DNA of 64,000 bases from Candidatus Cloacimonadales bacterium. Its GTDB lineage: Bacteria > Cloacimonadota > Cloacimonadia > Cloacimonadales > DAONDQ01. The notes beneath the pieces are model-generated. The model made no database searches. It saw only the letters and a list, made by a program, of their open reading frames with translations, and was not told the origin of the DNA. Positions 1 through 10,845 of this stretch are shown in pieces; positions within the stretch are counted from its first letter, which is position 1; every line of letters begins with the position of its first letter. The stretch is taken from positions 1,696,001 through 1,760,000 of the forward strand of contig OY759316.1 of the NCBI GenBank assembly GCA_963662275.1, given 5' to 3'. The translations under genes and the position numbers were made by a program.

Positions 1-222
1 TACCCAAAGAGAGGAATGAGCAATACGCAGTCTGTCTGGTTTCCCTCCCTTTGGATAAAGGGAGGGATTAAGGGAGAGTTTGATTCTGCTACTGTGGAAG
101 TTCAACCCCGACATTTTAATCACCAGCAGCGAAAGTTCGTTTTCAATTATGTTTATATGAAAACTGGGATGCCAAACTTCGATTTGGCATATGGCGAATC
201 GGAGTTCGCCACTCCCGTTGTC

Positions 223-1932
223 TTATTCCTTATATAGAAATCTTTTAATCTTTTGTGTCGGTGTTTTCTCGAAAGGTTCTTTCTGCTCAATAATGCGATG
301 AATCATCGAAAATGATGATACGTTGCGGTTCACATTATCTTTGATTTGTTCCAGCAAAGAAGTGATATTCTTTGCCGCTTGTACGTTACTCATTTTGCTG
401 ATACCAAAGTTTTTATCAATGATCTCATAGTTCAAAAACACGCGTGCAGTTATTTTATGATTTGATTCATATACGAGTGATTCAAGCACATTCTCATTTT
501 CATTGAGACTAGCTTCCAAACCTTCTGGATAAATGTTTTCTCCATTTGAACCGACAATGACATTCTTGATCCTGCCCTTAATATAGAGATAGTTCGCTTT
601 AGTCAGGATACCCAAATCACCTGTTTTAAAATATCCGTCTGATGTGAAGACTTCTTTCGAACGTTCAGGATCACGATAATACCCTTTCATGACGGTATCT
701 CCTTTCACCTGGATTTCTCCTTCACCTGTTTTACTGTCCGGATTAGCAATTCGAACATCCAGGGTTGGAAGAATGACACCTGTGGCACGAAATTTTACTA
801 CATCTGGCGAACAACCTGCTATGAGGGGAGAAGTCTCTGTCAGTCCATAACCAATGGCATAGGGGAAACTGGCTTCCCACAAAAATCTTTCCACTTCCTG
901 GGATAGAAGTGCTCCTCCAATACCGAAGAATTCGAGCTTACCGCCGAAAGTTTTCATCAGCTTTTGCCCGGATACCTGGTGGAGAATCTTTCGGAACATG
1001 GGAATATGATACAGTTTCTTCATGACGATGTTCTTGGTCAGTTGCGGATAGATTTGCATCTTGAATATTTTTTCAATAACCAATGGTACACTGAGTATCA
1101 TGGTAGGTCTGATTTTCTGCATGGCAGGAACAAGTACACGTGCTGTAGGAGGTTTATCCAGGTAATAGACACATGCGCCTTGCATCATGGGTATAATGAA
1201 ACCAATGGTGCCTTCATAAGCATGAGAAAGAGGCAGAATGGAAATCAATCGATCCTTTTCCGTTACATATTTGATGTGAAGAGTGATCCAGGCATCATAG
1301 ACGATGTTTTTATGGGTTAGCATCACTCCCTTTGAACTACCGGTTGTACCGGATGTATAGATGATAGCTGCAATATCGTCTTCCTTGACTTCCCTGGATG
1401 TAAGACCGACTGCCAACATTGCCTTACCTTTCAATATTGAAAGGCTTTTGCTTCCTTCACGAACCAGTTCTTTGATTTTATCTCGACCTGTCTCAATTGG
1501 AATTGAATCAAAAGTCTCAATCAGGATGATTTCCGGTCTGATTTCAAAATCTTCATAAGCGATCTTATCATACAATTGCGAAGAAACAAACACGATTTTG
1601 CATCCGGCATGGCGGAGTATATGATTGATCTCATTGGCATGGAAATCAACGAGTATGGGTACCGCAATCGCTCCCATCGTGGTAATTGCCAGGTACACTA
1701 CTCCCCAGTTGGGAGAGTTTTCACTCAGGATGGCTACACGGTCACCTTTAATAATACCATGTGAATGCAACAAACGGATCACATCTTCGATCATGGTTCC
1801 CATCTCACCATAAGTTATTGGAATACCATCAACCATGGATAAGGCGTTGCGCCTTGGAAAAGCATCAATTGTGCGATTTATCATAGAAAGAAGCGTAAAG
1901 GTCTTGAAGGGAGCAGGAGTCTCTTGTCTCAT
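223..1932 (-). CDS. Long-chain fatty acid--CoA ligase (AMP-binding enzyme)
   Basis: AMP-binding motifs IIYTSGTTGSSKGVMLTH, GYGLTETSP, GYFKTGDLG. Start placed at ATG 1932 (MRQETP); the ORF track extends to 1980. Confidence 0.9.
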   Translation of the reverse strand: MRQETPAPFKTFTLLSMINRTIDAFPRRNALSMVDGIPITYGEMGTMIEDVIRLLHSHGIIKGDRVAILSENSPNWGVVYLAITTMGAIAVPILVDFHANEINHILRHAGCKIVFVSSQLYDKIAYEDFEIRPEIILIETFDSIPIETGRDKIKELVREGSKSLSILKGKAMLAVGLTSREVKEDDIAAIIYTSGTTGSSKGVMLTHKNIVYDAWITLHIKYVTEKDRLISILPLSHAYEGTIGFIIPMMQGACVYYLDKPPTARVLVPAMQKIRPTMILSVPLVIEKIFKMQIYPQLTKNIVMKKLYHIPMFRKILHQVSGQKLMKTFGGKLEFFGIGGALLSQEVERFLWEASFPYAIGYGLTETSPLIAGCSPDVVKFRATGVILPTLDVRIANPDSKTGEGEIQVKGDTVMKGYYRDPERSKEVFTSDGYFKTGDLGILTKANYLYIKGRIKNVIVGSNGENIYPEGLEASLNENENVLESLVYESNHKITARVFLNYEIIDKNFGISKMSNVQAAKNITSLLEQIKDNVNRNVSSFSMIHRIIEQKEPFEKTPTQKIKRFLYKE

Positions 1933-2229
1933 TATTGATTCCTTTAAATTTACTGATGCTAATCTAAAAAATATATGCATTTCGTTGCAAGAGAAATATT
2001 ATTTTTAACAGGATGACCTAGATAGCGTGTGATTTGGTTTTTTTGCTTAGGTACAATAATTTGAAAATACTGATAATATTTGAATTGATTGACAAATCTT
2101 CCACAGCTACATTGACTTTAACAAAGAAGAGCAGATCTTACATTGTATCAATACAGCATTCTGAGGATTTTGGACTCCAGGTCGCTCATAAGACTTTTTC
2201 CACAAAGTCGAATTCACAATTGCCGAAGG

Positions 2230-4056
2230 CTAAACAGCTTTATTTTCATCCCGTTTACGATCGTTATGATTGAGAATCTTCTTACGGAGCCTCATGCTGT
2301 CTGGTGTTATTTCCAGTAATTCATCATCACCGATGTATTCAATGGCTTGTTCTAAACTGAAGATACGAGGCGGAATCAGTTTCATGGCATCATCTTTTCC
2401 GGCAGCACGGTTATTGGTAAGCTTTTTACCTTTACAGACATTGATGATCAAATCTTTATCTTTTGCATGCTGTCCGACGACCATTCCTGCATAAACTTCT
2501 GTATTTGGACTTATGAAGAAAGTACCGCGTGGCTGGAAGGCATTCAGAGAATAACCCAAGGCTACACCGTCTTCCAAGGCGACCATAGAGCCGTGGTTAG
2601 AACTGGTGATGTCTCCTTTGTATTCGGCATATTCAAAGAAACATTGGTTGATAATGCCTGTTCCGCGTGTTTCAGTGAGGAATTCATTCCTGAAACCAAT
2701 CAAACCTCGAGCTGGAACCTTAAACTCTAATCGTGAATATCCATCCACGGCAGCCGTCATGTGGACTAATTCACCTTTTCGACCACCCATCAGGTCAATC
2801 ACTCTTCCTACGTATTCTTCAGAAACATCAACCATAGCCAGTTCGATAGGCTCCAATAATTTACCATTGACTTCTTTAAAAAGCACTCTCGGTTTCGAAA
2901 CTGCGAATTCATAACCTTCACGACGCATGTTTTCCATGAGAATGGACAACTGTAGTTCACCACGTCCCTTTACGGTAAATTTGTCTGCAGTATCGGTTCT
3001 CTCCACGATGAGAGAAATGTTCGTCTGTAATTCCTTCTGGAGTCTTTCCCAAATCTTGCTGGAAGTAACCCATCTGCCTGACCTGCCCATAAAGGGAGAG
3101 TCGTTGATGATAAATTCTATGGCGATAGTAGGATCATCGATATCGATACTGGGAAGAGGGATGGGGTTGTCTTTATTGGCGACAGTTTCACCGACATCAA
3201 TCTGAGCCAGTCCGGCTATCGAGATAATATCACCAGCATAGGCAGTGGTGATTTCTTTTTTAACTAATCCCTCATAGGTAAAGATGTTCGTTACTTTATA
3301 GAGTATTTGCGAATCATCCCTTTTCAGGAGGAGTACTTCTTCACCGGCGCTGATTGTACCGTTTTCAATCTTTCCGGTACCCATCTTTCCCAAATAATCA
3401 TTATACTCAATGGCAGAGACAAGCATCTGGAATGGCTGGTCAATATCACCTTTAGCATCCGGAACTTCCTTAATGATCATTTCGAGAAGTGGGAAGATAT
3501 TCAAAGGTTCATCGATAATTTCATTCACAGCATAGCCTTCTTTCGCTGAAGCATAGATCACGGGGAAATCAAGTTGTTCATGATGAGCATTCAATTCTAT
3601 AAATAAGTCAAAAATCATATCTAAAACATCGTGAGGACGAGCATTGTGACGATCGATCTTATTGATGACGACGATCGGTTTCAATCCAAGTTCCAAAGCA
3701 TTCTTGAGCACATACTTCGTTTGGGGCATGGGACCTTCAAAAGCATCTACTATAAGAAGGACACAATCAACCATTTTCATGATTCGCTGCACTTCACCGC
3801 CAAAGTCAGCATGACCGGGTGTATCAACGATATTTATCTTATAATCTTTATACTCAAGTGAGGCATTCTTAGAAAAGATAGTAATTCCACGTTCTTTTTC
3901 GATATCATTAGAGTCCATGACTCTTTCCACTACACGTTCATTATCCCTGAATAGTCCAGTCTGACGGAGCATCGCATCCACGAGAGTTGTCTTTCCATGA
4001 TCAACATGTGCGATAATTGCTATGTTCTTGATCTTTTGCATCTTGTTCCTTTTCAT
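2230..4056 (-). CDS. typA: Translational GTPase TypA/BipA
   Basis: [48 protein letters not shown]-terminal [18 protein letters not shown]. Confidence 0.97.
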   Translation of the reverse strand: MKRNKMQKIKNIAIIAHVDHGKTTLVDAMLRQTGLFRDNERVVERVMDSNDIEKERGITIFSKNASLEYKDYKINIVDTPGHADFGGEVQRIMKMVDCVLLIVDAFEGPMPQTKYVLKNALELGLKPIVVINKIDRHNARPHDVLDMIFDLFIELNAHHEQLDFPVIYASAKEGYAVNEIIDEPLNIFPLLEMIIKEVPDAKGDIDQPFQMLVSAIEYNDYLGKMGTGKIENGTISAGEEVLLLKRDDSQILYKVTNIFTYEGLVKKEITTAYAGDIISIAGLAQIDVGETVANKDNPIPLPSIDIDDPTIAIEFIINDSPFMGRSGRWVTSSKIWERLQKELQTNISLIVERTDTADKFTVKGRGELQLSILMENMRREGYEFAVSKPRVLFKEVNGKLLEPIELAMVDVSEEYVGRVIDLMGGRKGELVHMTAAVDGYSRLEFKVPARGLIGFRNEFLTETRGTGIINQCFFEYAEYKGDITSSNHGSMVALEDGVALGYSLNAFQPRGTFFISPNTEVYAGMVVGQHAKDKDLIINVCKGKKLTNNRAAGKDDAMKLIPPRIFSLEQAIEYIGDDELLEITPDSMRLRKKILNHNDRKRDENKAV

Positions 4057-4329
4057 TCATTTCAATAGAGTACCATTTTTTGTCGAGGGGGTTTTATAGT
4101 CAAGGCATGATAATGATTTAAATGAACTTCCCCTAAAAGCAAATAACTACAAGCTTCCTCATATTCTACCAGGGAATATGAAATCAATTACAAATAACGC
4201 ATCTTCTTAAGCAAATCTAAAATACTTCATGAATCGTGGCAGCATCGTTTACGTTGCTTTTTACGGAATTAGAAGAGAAGCCACCGCCTGAAGTCCCTCC
4301 CACACAGCTAAAGGAGTTGCCACAAGTGT

Positions 4330-4405
4330 AGTCGCAATTTGTGACCTCAAGTTGGGGGCGCGTAGTCAAGAAACACTTGACAACACTCATGTATCATTTA
4401 GGTTG
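4330..4405 (+). promoter_or_regulatory. Promoter module: ORF6N-type palindrome, TCAAG-N5-CTTGA inverted repeat and TTGACA (-35 at 4377)
   Basis: The same arrangement recurs at 11296-11370 (TTGACA 11346) and 15409-15470 (TTGACA 15443). Confidence 0.55.
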
Positions 4406-4421
4406 TTAATAAGAGGTAACA

Positions 4422-4688
4422 ATGCCAACAATAAGTATGTTTTTTGGAATAATCATCAGGATGTATTGTGGAAATGCGGAACACAATCCACCACATTTTC
4501 ATGCATATTATCAGGAATATACAGCAACATATGATATTGTGCAGGAAGCTTTTCTGTCTGGTAATCTACCTTCAAAGCAATCTAAGATTGTGGAAGCCTG
4601 GGCTGCCATTCATAAAGATGATCTCATTGCTGATTGGCAATTGGCAACAAACGGTGAATTGCCTTTACCCATTGAACCTCTTAAATAG
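4422..4688 (+). CDS. DUF4160 family protein (putative toxin of a DUF4160/DUF2442 pair)
   Basis: MPTISMFFGIIIRMY...EHNPPHFHAYY...PIEPL is the typical family signature; RBS GAGG. Confidence 0.85.
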   Translation: MPTISMFFGIIIRMYCGNAEHNPPHFHAYYQEYTATYDIVQEAFLSGNLPSKQSKIVEAWAAIHKDDLIADWQLATNGELPLPIEPLK

Positions 4689-4696
4689 GATTATAT

Positions 4697-4912
4697 ATGA
4701 TTAAACCAATAAAAGTAACCCCTTTAGATGACTATGTTCTTGAACTGACAATGTCGGATATGACGATTAAAAAGTTTAACGTTAAGCCATTCCTTAACAA
4801 AGGAAAGTTCAAAGAATTGATGGATATTAATCTCTTCCGCCAGGCAAGAATCTCTTTCGATGCCATCGAATGGCCCAATGGGGTAGATATTGATCCTGAT
4901 CTGCTGATATAG
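4697..4912 (+). CDS. DUF2442 family protein (putative antitoxin)
   Basis: VTPLDDYVLELT...AIEWPNGVDIDPDLL; directly downstream of the DUF4160 gene. Confidence 0.85.
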   Translation: MIKPIKVTPLDDYVLELTMSDMTIKKFNVKPFLNKGKFKELMDINLFRQARISFDAIEWPNGVDIDPDLLI

Positions 4913-5026
4913 CGCAGCTCTGAACTATTCCCTATTAGCTACTCCCTATTCCCTTATTCAATTCTGCCCTGTCAGCTGTCCGCTGTAAGCTGTCACCTTC
5001 TGTATCGTGGTGATTACTTCAGGAAT

Positions 5027-5383
5027 CGTGGCAGCAGCACTCATGGTTATACTTATAGCGGAAGTAATGACATTGCAACTGTCGCATGGTATTATTCCAA
5101 TTCCGGTAATACGACTCATACAGTTGGCATCAAGGCAGAAAATGAATTAGGTCTGTATGATATGACCGGCAATGTCAACGAGTGGTGTTGGGACATTTTT
5201 GACGTTTATCCGAGTAACTCTCAAAATAATCCACACGGTGCTATCACTGGGTCTGACCGTATTTACCATGGTGGTGGCTGGGGCAGCAGTCCAGGCAACT
5301 GTACCGTTTCCAGTCGGATTAATGCGGGTGCTACTAGCTACGGCAATAGACTCGGATTTCGTCTTTGCAGGAATTCCAATTAA
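5027..5383 (+). pseudogene. C-terminal fragment of an FGE-sulfatase (SUMF1/CLec-fold) domain protein
   Basis: One frame reads RGSSTHGYTYSGSNDIATVAWY...NELGLYDMTGNVNEWCWD...GGGW...LGFRLCR; no N-terminus or start codon upstream of the domain. Confidence 0.75.
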
Positions 5384-5386
5384 TTT

Positions 5387-5713
5387 TTAATTAGCTACTG
5401 CCCCGCAGCATTTCTTAAATTTCTTCCCGCTCCCACAGGGGCAGGGATCATTACGTCCAATCTATATTTTGAGTATGATCTGGTAAGACACTTCCGGGGC
5501 ATAGATTAGAGCTTTTTCCTGTATCTTTGACTCTAACATATAATCCATTATAATGGCAATCTGCTGTTTAACCGGCAAGCCATCCCAAGTGAGTTCTTTA
5601 ATCGAAGTCTTATTTTTGAAATATTCATATCTTTCTTCTGATACAAGCTCTTTTAAATAGCTCTTTAAACTGAAATAATTCTTTGGCAAAGGTTTAGCAT
5701 CTGATGTCACCAT
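5387..5713 (-). pseudogene. Internally deleted paralog of the SEC-C-tailed protein at 11667-12920
   Basis: N-terminus [20 protein letters not shown] matches the 12920 protein; after an in-frame TAG (5462-5464) the frame continues [24 protein letters not shown]. Confidence 0.8.
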
Positions 5714-5846
5714 AATGAAACTCCTATACTTATAAAACATACTTTAGGATGTTTTCTTGAATAAATAAATCAGAAAAATGGAAAAACTCGTCAATTAAAT
5801 TCATATATATATTTTTGGTTACATGATTTAAGTGATTCAACTCATA

Positions 5847-5953
5847 TGAATCTCGAAGTGATGAAACACGATAGCCCATAGCGTCAGCTATGGGTAAAGA
5901 AGCCTCCAAACCTTTGAACCTCGGCAGGGGTGACACATCTGGAAATTCGAAGG
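5847..5953 (+). repeat. REP-like multi-hairpin element, a diverged relative of the element targeted by the IS110
   Basis: gaatctcgaagtgatgaaa...cccatagcgtcagctatggg...tgacacatctggaaattcgaag parallels the reconstituted 7223-7251 + 8994-9080. Confidence 0.55.
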
Positions 5954-6343
5954 ACGAAGTTCGAAGGGGGAATCTTGATCGCAATTTGCTACTTTAAGCG
6001 GATGGTAGAAAAACAGAAAGAGAGTCACAAAAAATACTTGGGAAAAAGAAATGAATAACAACAACAATAGAACCAAACCACTATCGCTCATAGGAGCGGT
6101 AGTCCTGCGGTCGTTCTGCGGTAGTCCTGCGGTGCTGCTCTGGTTCTTTTTAAAGTGGAATCCTTGTAAGTTCGAAACTGTAACGCCTTTTGTAACGCGT
6201 TATTCCATAACGTGTCCCGCTGAATTCATTCAGTTCAATTGTAGCGTACATTGGTAATGTGTTGTATTCGATAATGGTATTATCGAAATGTTTCTGCATC
6301 GGGGATTACCAATCACCTATGATAAAAGAATACCATTCTATGT

Positions 6344-7251
6344 TGAATCTCGCAGAGATGAAAGATCATAGCCTGTAGTGGAATGAAATGGAACTACTTG
6401 CAGAAGGTGTTAGGTGCTAGGTGTTAGTAAGGAAGGAAATAGGGATTAGGGAATCGTTCTGATTGAATTCAAGAAGCGTTAAACCAATAAACAAAGATAT
6501 CCTTCATTCTGAATCTCGCAGAGATGAAAGATCATAGCCTGTAGTGGAATGAAATGGAACTACTTACAGAAGGTGTTAGGTGTTAGGTGCTAGGTGTTAG
6601 GTGCTAGGTGTTAGTAAGGAAGGAAATAGGGATTAGGGAATCGTTCTGATTGAATTCAAGAAGCGTTAAACCAATAAACAAAGATATCCTTCATTCTGAA
6701 TCTCGCAGAGATGAAAGATCATAGCCTGTAGTGGAATGAAATGGAACTACTTACAGAAGGTGTTAGGTGTTAGGTGCTAGGTGTTAGTAAGGAAGGAAAT
6801 AGGGATTAGGGAATCGTTCTGATTGAATTCAAGAAGCGTTAAACCAATAAACAAAGATATCCTTCATTCTGAATCTCGCAGAGATGAAAGATCATAGCCT
6901 GTAGTGGAATGAAATGGAACTACTTACAGAAGGTGTTAGGTGTTAGGTGCTAGGTGTTAGTAAGGAAGGAAATAGGGATTAGGGAATCGTTCTGATTGAA
7001 TTCAAGAAGCGTTAAACCAATAAACAAAGATATCCTTCATTCTGAATCTCGCAGAGATGAAAGATCATAGCCTGTAGTGGAATGAAATGGAACTACTTGC
7101 AGAAGGTGTTAGGTGCTAGGTGTTAGGTGATAGGTGTTAGTAAGGAAGGAAATAGGGATTAGGGAATCGTTCTGATTGAATTCAAGAAGCGTTAAACCAA
7201 TAAACAAAGATATCCTTCATTCTGAATCTCGCAGAGATGAAAGATCATAGC
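6344..7251 (+). repeat. Tandem array of five full units (166, 187, 173, 173, 180 bp) plus a sixth unit interrupted by the IS110
   Basis: Units start at 6344, 6510, 6697, 6870, 7043, 7223. Length differences come from 3, 6, 4, 4, 5 copies of an internal AGGTG(T/C/A)T heptamer. Confidence 0.95.
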
Positions 7252-7333
7252 TTACTATAGGAAGGTTAGAAAATTAAGGTAGAAAAACCTCCCTCGTTGA
7301 TATACATAGATCAAATCAACAAAGGAGGTAACA

Positions 7334-8611
7334 ATGATTACCACATCAAAATCTAACCCAAAGAGGTTTTTTGTCAACTCAGAAATGATGCTTGTTGGCA
7401 TTGATATCAGCAAGCACAAACACAGTGTGTATTTTTGTGATTTTACAGGTGAACGGAAGCGTAAGCCATTTTTTATTACAAACAATCATGATGGTTTTCA
7501 GTATCTGCTAAAAGAAGCAGAACAGCAAAAGCGTTTGTGGAATCTGAACGAGATTGTATTTGGAATGGAACCAACAGGTTCATATGTAAAGCCACTCCAG
7601 TACTTCTTGGAAGAACGCTGCTATCAAATCCAAAGCATCAACCCATTACACACTAAAAGATGGAAGGATATTGAAGATAATCATCCATCCAAGAATGATT
7701 TGAAAGACAGTATTATCATTACCTCTCTGTTAAGAATGGGCAAGAGCATCCATCATCGGAGACCTGAAGGTGTTTTCGCGGAGTTGAACAACTATGCAGC
7801 TTATTATCACCAGTTAATCACAGATATTCGCAGGCAGAGGAACTATCTGGAAGCCTCTTATGCCTGTTACTTTCCTGAATTGAGTAACTTTTTCAAATTT
7901 AACAGTACGGGAGTAATGTATATCATGGAGTGTTTTCCTCTTCCTCAGGATATCGTAAATGCAGGATATGAGAATTTTCTGAAGATTATGAAAACAAAAA
8001 GCAAAGGGTGCATAGCTACAGAGAAGCTTCACAGTTTATATCAGGTATCTCTAACAAGTATTGGCATGAGTCAGGGAGCGGATAGTGCGAGAGTGGTCAT
8101 AAATGCGATCTATGAGGATATCAGCTATAAACAATACCATCTCAAACAAATCAAAACAGCAATCATGACATGTGTAGATAAAATCAGTTATGGATCGTTA
8201 TTGGTGACAATACCTGGTTTGAGTAAAGTATCAGTGGGGTTAATTCTGGCGGAGACTGGAGATATCAATCAATATGGTCGATATCAGGATTTAGTCAAAC
8301 TTGCCGGATTGAGTTTAAAACACAATCAATCAGGAGAATACCATGGGCAATATCATATCTCTAAGGTAGGAAGAGTAAGGTTGCGAAGGATCTTGTATAT
8401 GCTTACTCTGGAAATGATTATAAACAATCAATTAATCAATCAGATATATAATTATCAAGTAAAAAAGCGAGGTAATAACAAGGTCAAAACTATCGTTTCT
8501 TTGAGCAGTAAATTACTGGGAATCATGTACTCAATGGTTAAATATGAAAGGTCGTTTGATCCTGAACAGCGAAAGCTATATGCAGGTTATTTAACTGAAA
8601 ATAATCAGTGA
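7334..8611 (+). CDS. IS110-family DEDD recombinase/transposase
   Basis: VGIDISKHKH, GMEPTGSY, KNDLKDS (DEDD RuvC-like), TIPGLS, AETGDI, LAGL...QSG (catalytic Ser), SKVGRVRLRRILY; RBS AGGAGG. Confidence 0.93.
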   Translation: MITTSKSNPKRFFVNSEMMLVGIDISKHKHSVYFCDFTGERKRKPFFITNNHDGFQYLLKEAEQQKRLWNLNEIVFGMEPTGSYVKPLQYFLEERCYQIQSINPLHTKRWKDIEDNHPSKNDLKDSIIITSLLRMGKSIHHRRPEGVFAELNNYAAYYHQLITDIRRQRNYLEASYACYFPELSNFFKFNSTGVMYIMECFPLPQDIVNAGYENFLKIMKTKSKGCIATEKLHSLYQVSLTSIGMSQGADSARVVINAIYEDISYKQYHLKQIKTAIMTCVDKISYGSLLVTIPGLSKVSVGLILAETGDINQYGRYQDLVKLAGLSLKHNQSGEYHGQYHISKVGRVRLRRILYMLTLEMIINNQLINQIYNYQVKKRGNNKVKTIVSLSSKLLGIMYSMVKYERSFDPEQRKLYAGYLTENNQ

Positions 8612-8659
8612 GCCAAGAAAAAAAAGTAGTCAAAAAATAATGGAGGTGTTTAGATTGGT

Positions 8660-8820
8660 TCACTCGCCGGATGATGTAGTCATTAGGCACTAAGGCTTGT
8701 TTACAAGACCTTCTACCATAGCTCATTATAGCACACCGGCGGGTATTATCTCAGATAGGATAAAGTAAGAATAGGATACCATCAGAAGGTAATCCAGTAT
8801 ATCAGCAAGATCGGGATGTA
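8660..8820 (+). ncRNA. Putative bridge/seek RNA of the IS110 element (target-binding and donor-binding loops)
   Basis: Two stem/internal-loop/hairpin units: 8662-8744 carries target matches (taggc, accatagc); 8748-8817 carries donor-junction matches (agtaag 8764-8769, tatatcagc 8798-8806). Transcript ends are unknown. Confidence 0.65.
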
Positions 8821-8886
8821 GAACCAAGAGAGCTTTGATAAGTAATATTCGATTTAATCATAGAATTCAGATCGAAAATCAGCGTC

Positions 8887-8941
8887 TCTGGAACCCTGCA
8901 ATGACGCTTCGGTACCCTACGCGTCATTGCAGGGTTCCAGA
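8887..8941. repeat. Perfect 21-bp inverted repeat in the IS110 right end (possible terminator or processing hairpin)
   Basis: tctggaaccctgcaatgacgc (8887-8907) and gcgtcattgcagggttccaga (8921-8941). Confidence 0.85.
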
Positions 8942-9085
8942 AAGCCAAGTACTATGAATATATTATAATATATAACTATCTAACTATATCAGCCTGTAGT
9001 GGAATGAAATGGAACTACAGGGAAGAGTCCCCCCAAACCATTACAATCTCGTAGAGATGACACATCTGGAAGTGCGAAGATCACC

Positions 9086-9185
9086 GTAACGCGGTATTCA
9101 TACCGTGTTTCGCTGAATTAATTCAGTATTATTCAGAGCAGATACAATATAAATAATGCGGTACACGGTATAAATACCGCGTTAC
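9086..9185. repeat. REPIN-like inverted pair (GTAACGCG family)
   Basis: gtaacgcggtattcataccgtg ... cacggtataaataccgcgttac; related copies at ~10846-10940 and ~13030-13129, half copies at ~6192 and ~10795. Confidence 0.75.
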
Positions 9186-9336
9186 AAACTTGATATCACA
9201 ATTTGCGACCTCAAGATTGTCTACGCACTGCATAGGCTTTTCTCTGTAATGCTTAATTTTTCATTATTAATTCTTAATGCATGTCTTCCAATCTGCTAAT
9301 CTGCTCTGATAATTCTTAATTTTTAACTTTTAATTT

Positions 9337-10689
9337 TTAATTGCTTACTGCCCCGCAGCATTTCTTATATTTCTTTCCGCTGCCGCATGGACATGGATCG
9401 TTTCTTCCGATTTTCGGAGCATTAGAAATGACCGGTTGAACAACAAATTCAATCTCATCTTTCTTTTTTGGTTTATATAATTCATCATCATCATCAAAGA
9501 ACGCTTTATACTCACCAATTGGGTCATCAGAGTTACTCCAGGGATCTTCTCCATCAGTAAACGGTATATCCTGATCCCAATCTATGGAAGAGTTTTTGTC
9601 ATAAAAATCGAAGCGAAGCTGATCTGCATTTTCATCGATGATGACAGGTTTAACGGATAATGAGAGTTCCTTTGGTGTATGACCTCTATGTATCCAGGAG
9701 CGGTAATGATTATAGTAATCAGTTACTGTAATATAGAGTCTGTTCTTTGTTTCAATATTGTAATCCTCAAGGAATAGGTCATCATACAAATCATTGATTT
9801 CGAATGGTTTCGCCCCATAATTGAAATCCATTGTGATATGTAAAATAAATACCATCGCGGCTGCTGGTTCAAGCCCGAAAGTACTTATCAGTAAGTCTTT
9901 TAATGCCAGATATTGAGGTGTTTCTTCAAAATAATCCTCTTTACCATACATCATTAACTCATCTTCCTTAGGGATATATAGTTTTTTGTACTTAATTCCA
10001 TGAGCCAATTTTTCGTAATCGTCCATATTTATAAGATTACATAGATTGACTATTCTGCCATCGATAAAACTGAAATATGGACATAGCAGACTATATTCTG
10101 TGATATATGAGTTCAATTGTTCATCAGTTAGGATATCTTCTTTCCAAAAGAAATGTGACCTATAAATTTTAATTAAATTCGCTGGTTCAAAGATTCCATA
10201 GAAATTCAGACATGGATTAATACGGGAAATGAGTGGTTGAACTAAGCTTCTTCCCAATTCTACTGTCTTTTCCTTAATTGCATACAAAACTTCTGCAATT
10301 TCGTCAAAAAGGATATACGTAGATTTTATCTGCTTTCGCTTATTCGGATTAGGATAGGAATCAATGCGGTAGATCATGAAATTATAATTCAAGTACCAGT
10401 ATCCGTTATTGATAGTGTTCTGTTCCAAGGGAATTTGTGAGCTGATACTCTGAAGTATGGTCAAGGAGGCTTCCGGTGCATATATAAGTACTTTTCTGAT
10501 ATATTCTTCATTGACAACGTATCTCTGCATTAAATCAACTTGCTGATGAGAATCTAATTTATCCCATTCATCTTCAATCATTTCAGTTTTCACACCGAAT
10601 AAAATAAAACGTTCAACCGAAGAAAGCTCTTTTAGATAACTTCTTAAACTAAATTTATCTGCAGCGATTTTCTTTTTGGATTTATTCAT
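9337..10689 (-). CDS. SEC-C metal-binding motif protein
   Basis: C-terminal [33 protein letters not shown] motif and acidic linker; paralog of 11667-12920. Confidence 0.85.
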   Translation of the reverse strand: MNKSKKKIAADKFSLRSYLKELSSVERFILFGVKTEMIEDEWDKLDSHQQVDLMQRYVVNEEYIRKVLIYAPEASLTILQSISSQIPLEQNTINNGYWYLNYNFMIYRIDSYPNPNKRKQIKSTYILFDEIAEVLYAIKEKTVELGRSLVQPLISRINPCLNFYGIFEPANLIKIYRSHFFWKEDILTDEQLNSYITEYSLLCPYFSFIDGRIVNLCNLINMDDYEKLAHGIKYKKLYIPKEDELMMYGKEDYFEETPQYLALKDLLISTFGLEPAAAMVFILHITMDFNYGAKPFEINDLYDDLFLEDYNIETKNRLYITVTDYYNHYRSWIHRGHTPKELSLSVKPVIIDENADQLRFDFYDKNSSIDWDQDIPFTDGEDPWSNSDDPIGEYKAFFDDDDELYKPKKKDEIEFVVQPVISNAPKIGRNDPCPCGSGKKYKKCCGAVSN

Positions 10690-10845
10690 ATTTTTGCTTT
10701 GAAACTCCTTGTTTGTGTAAATCTGGAAATTTTAAAAATTAGTCAATTAATTTTGCTTAGCATTGCTCTGAGAATTGCAACGGGATGCAAACCGTAACGC
10801 GTTATTTATAACGTGTAACGCTGAATTCATTCAGTTCTTTACCTG

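Larger units (their letters stand above)
7252..8993 (+). mobile_element. IS110-family insertion sequence with long 3' non-coding end
   Basis: Interrupts gatcatAGCctgtag. AGC core is present at both junctions (7249-7251 and 8991-8993); no longer target duplication. Confidence 0.9.

Noticed and set aside
6344..7251. Possible CRISPR or guide array
   Set aside because: Units differ only in heptamer number and single bases; there are no unique spacers.
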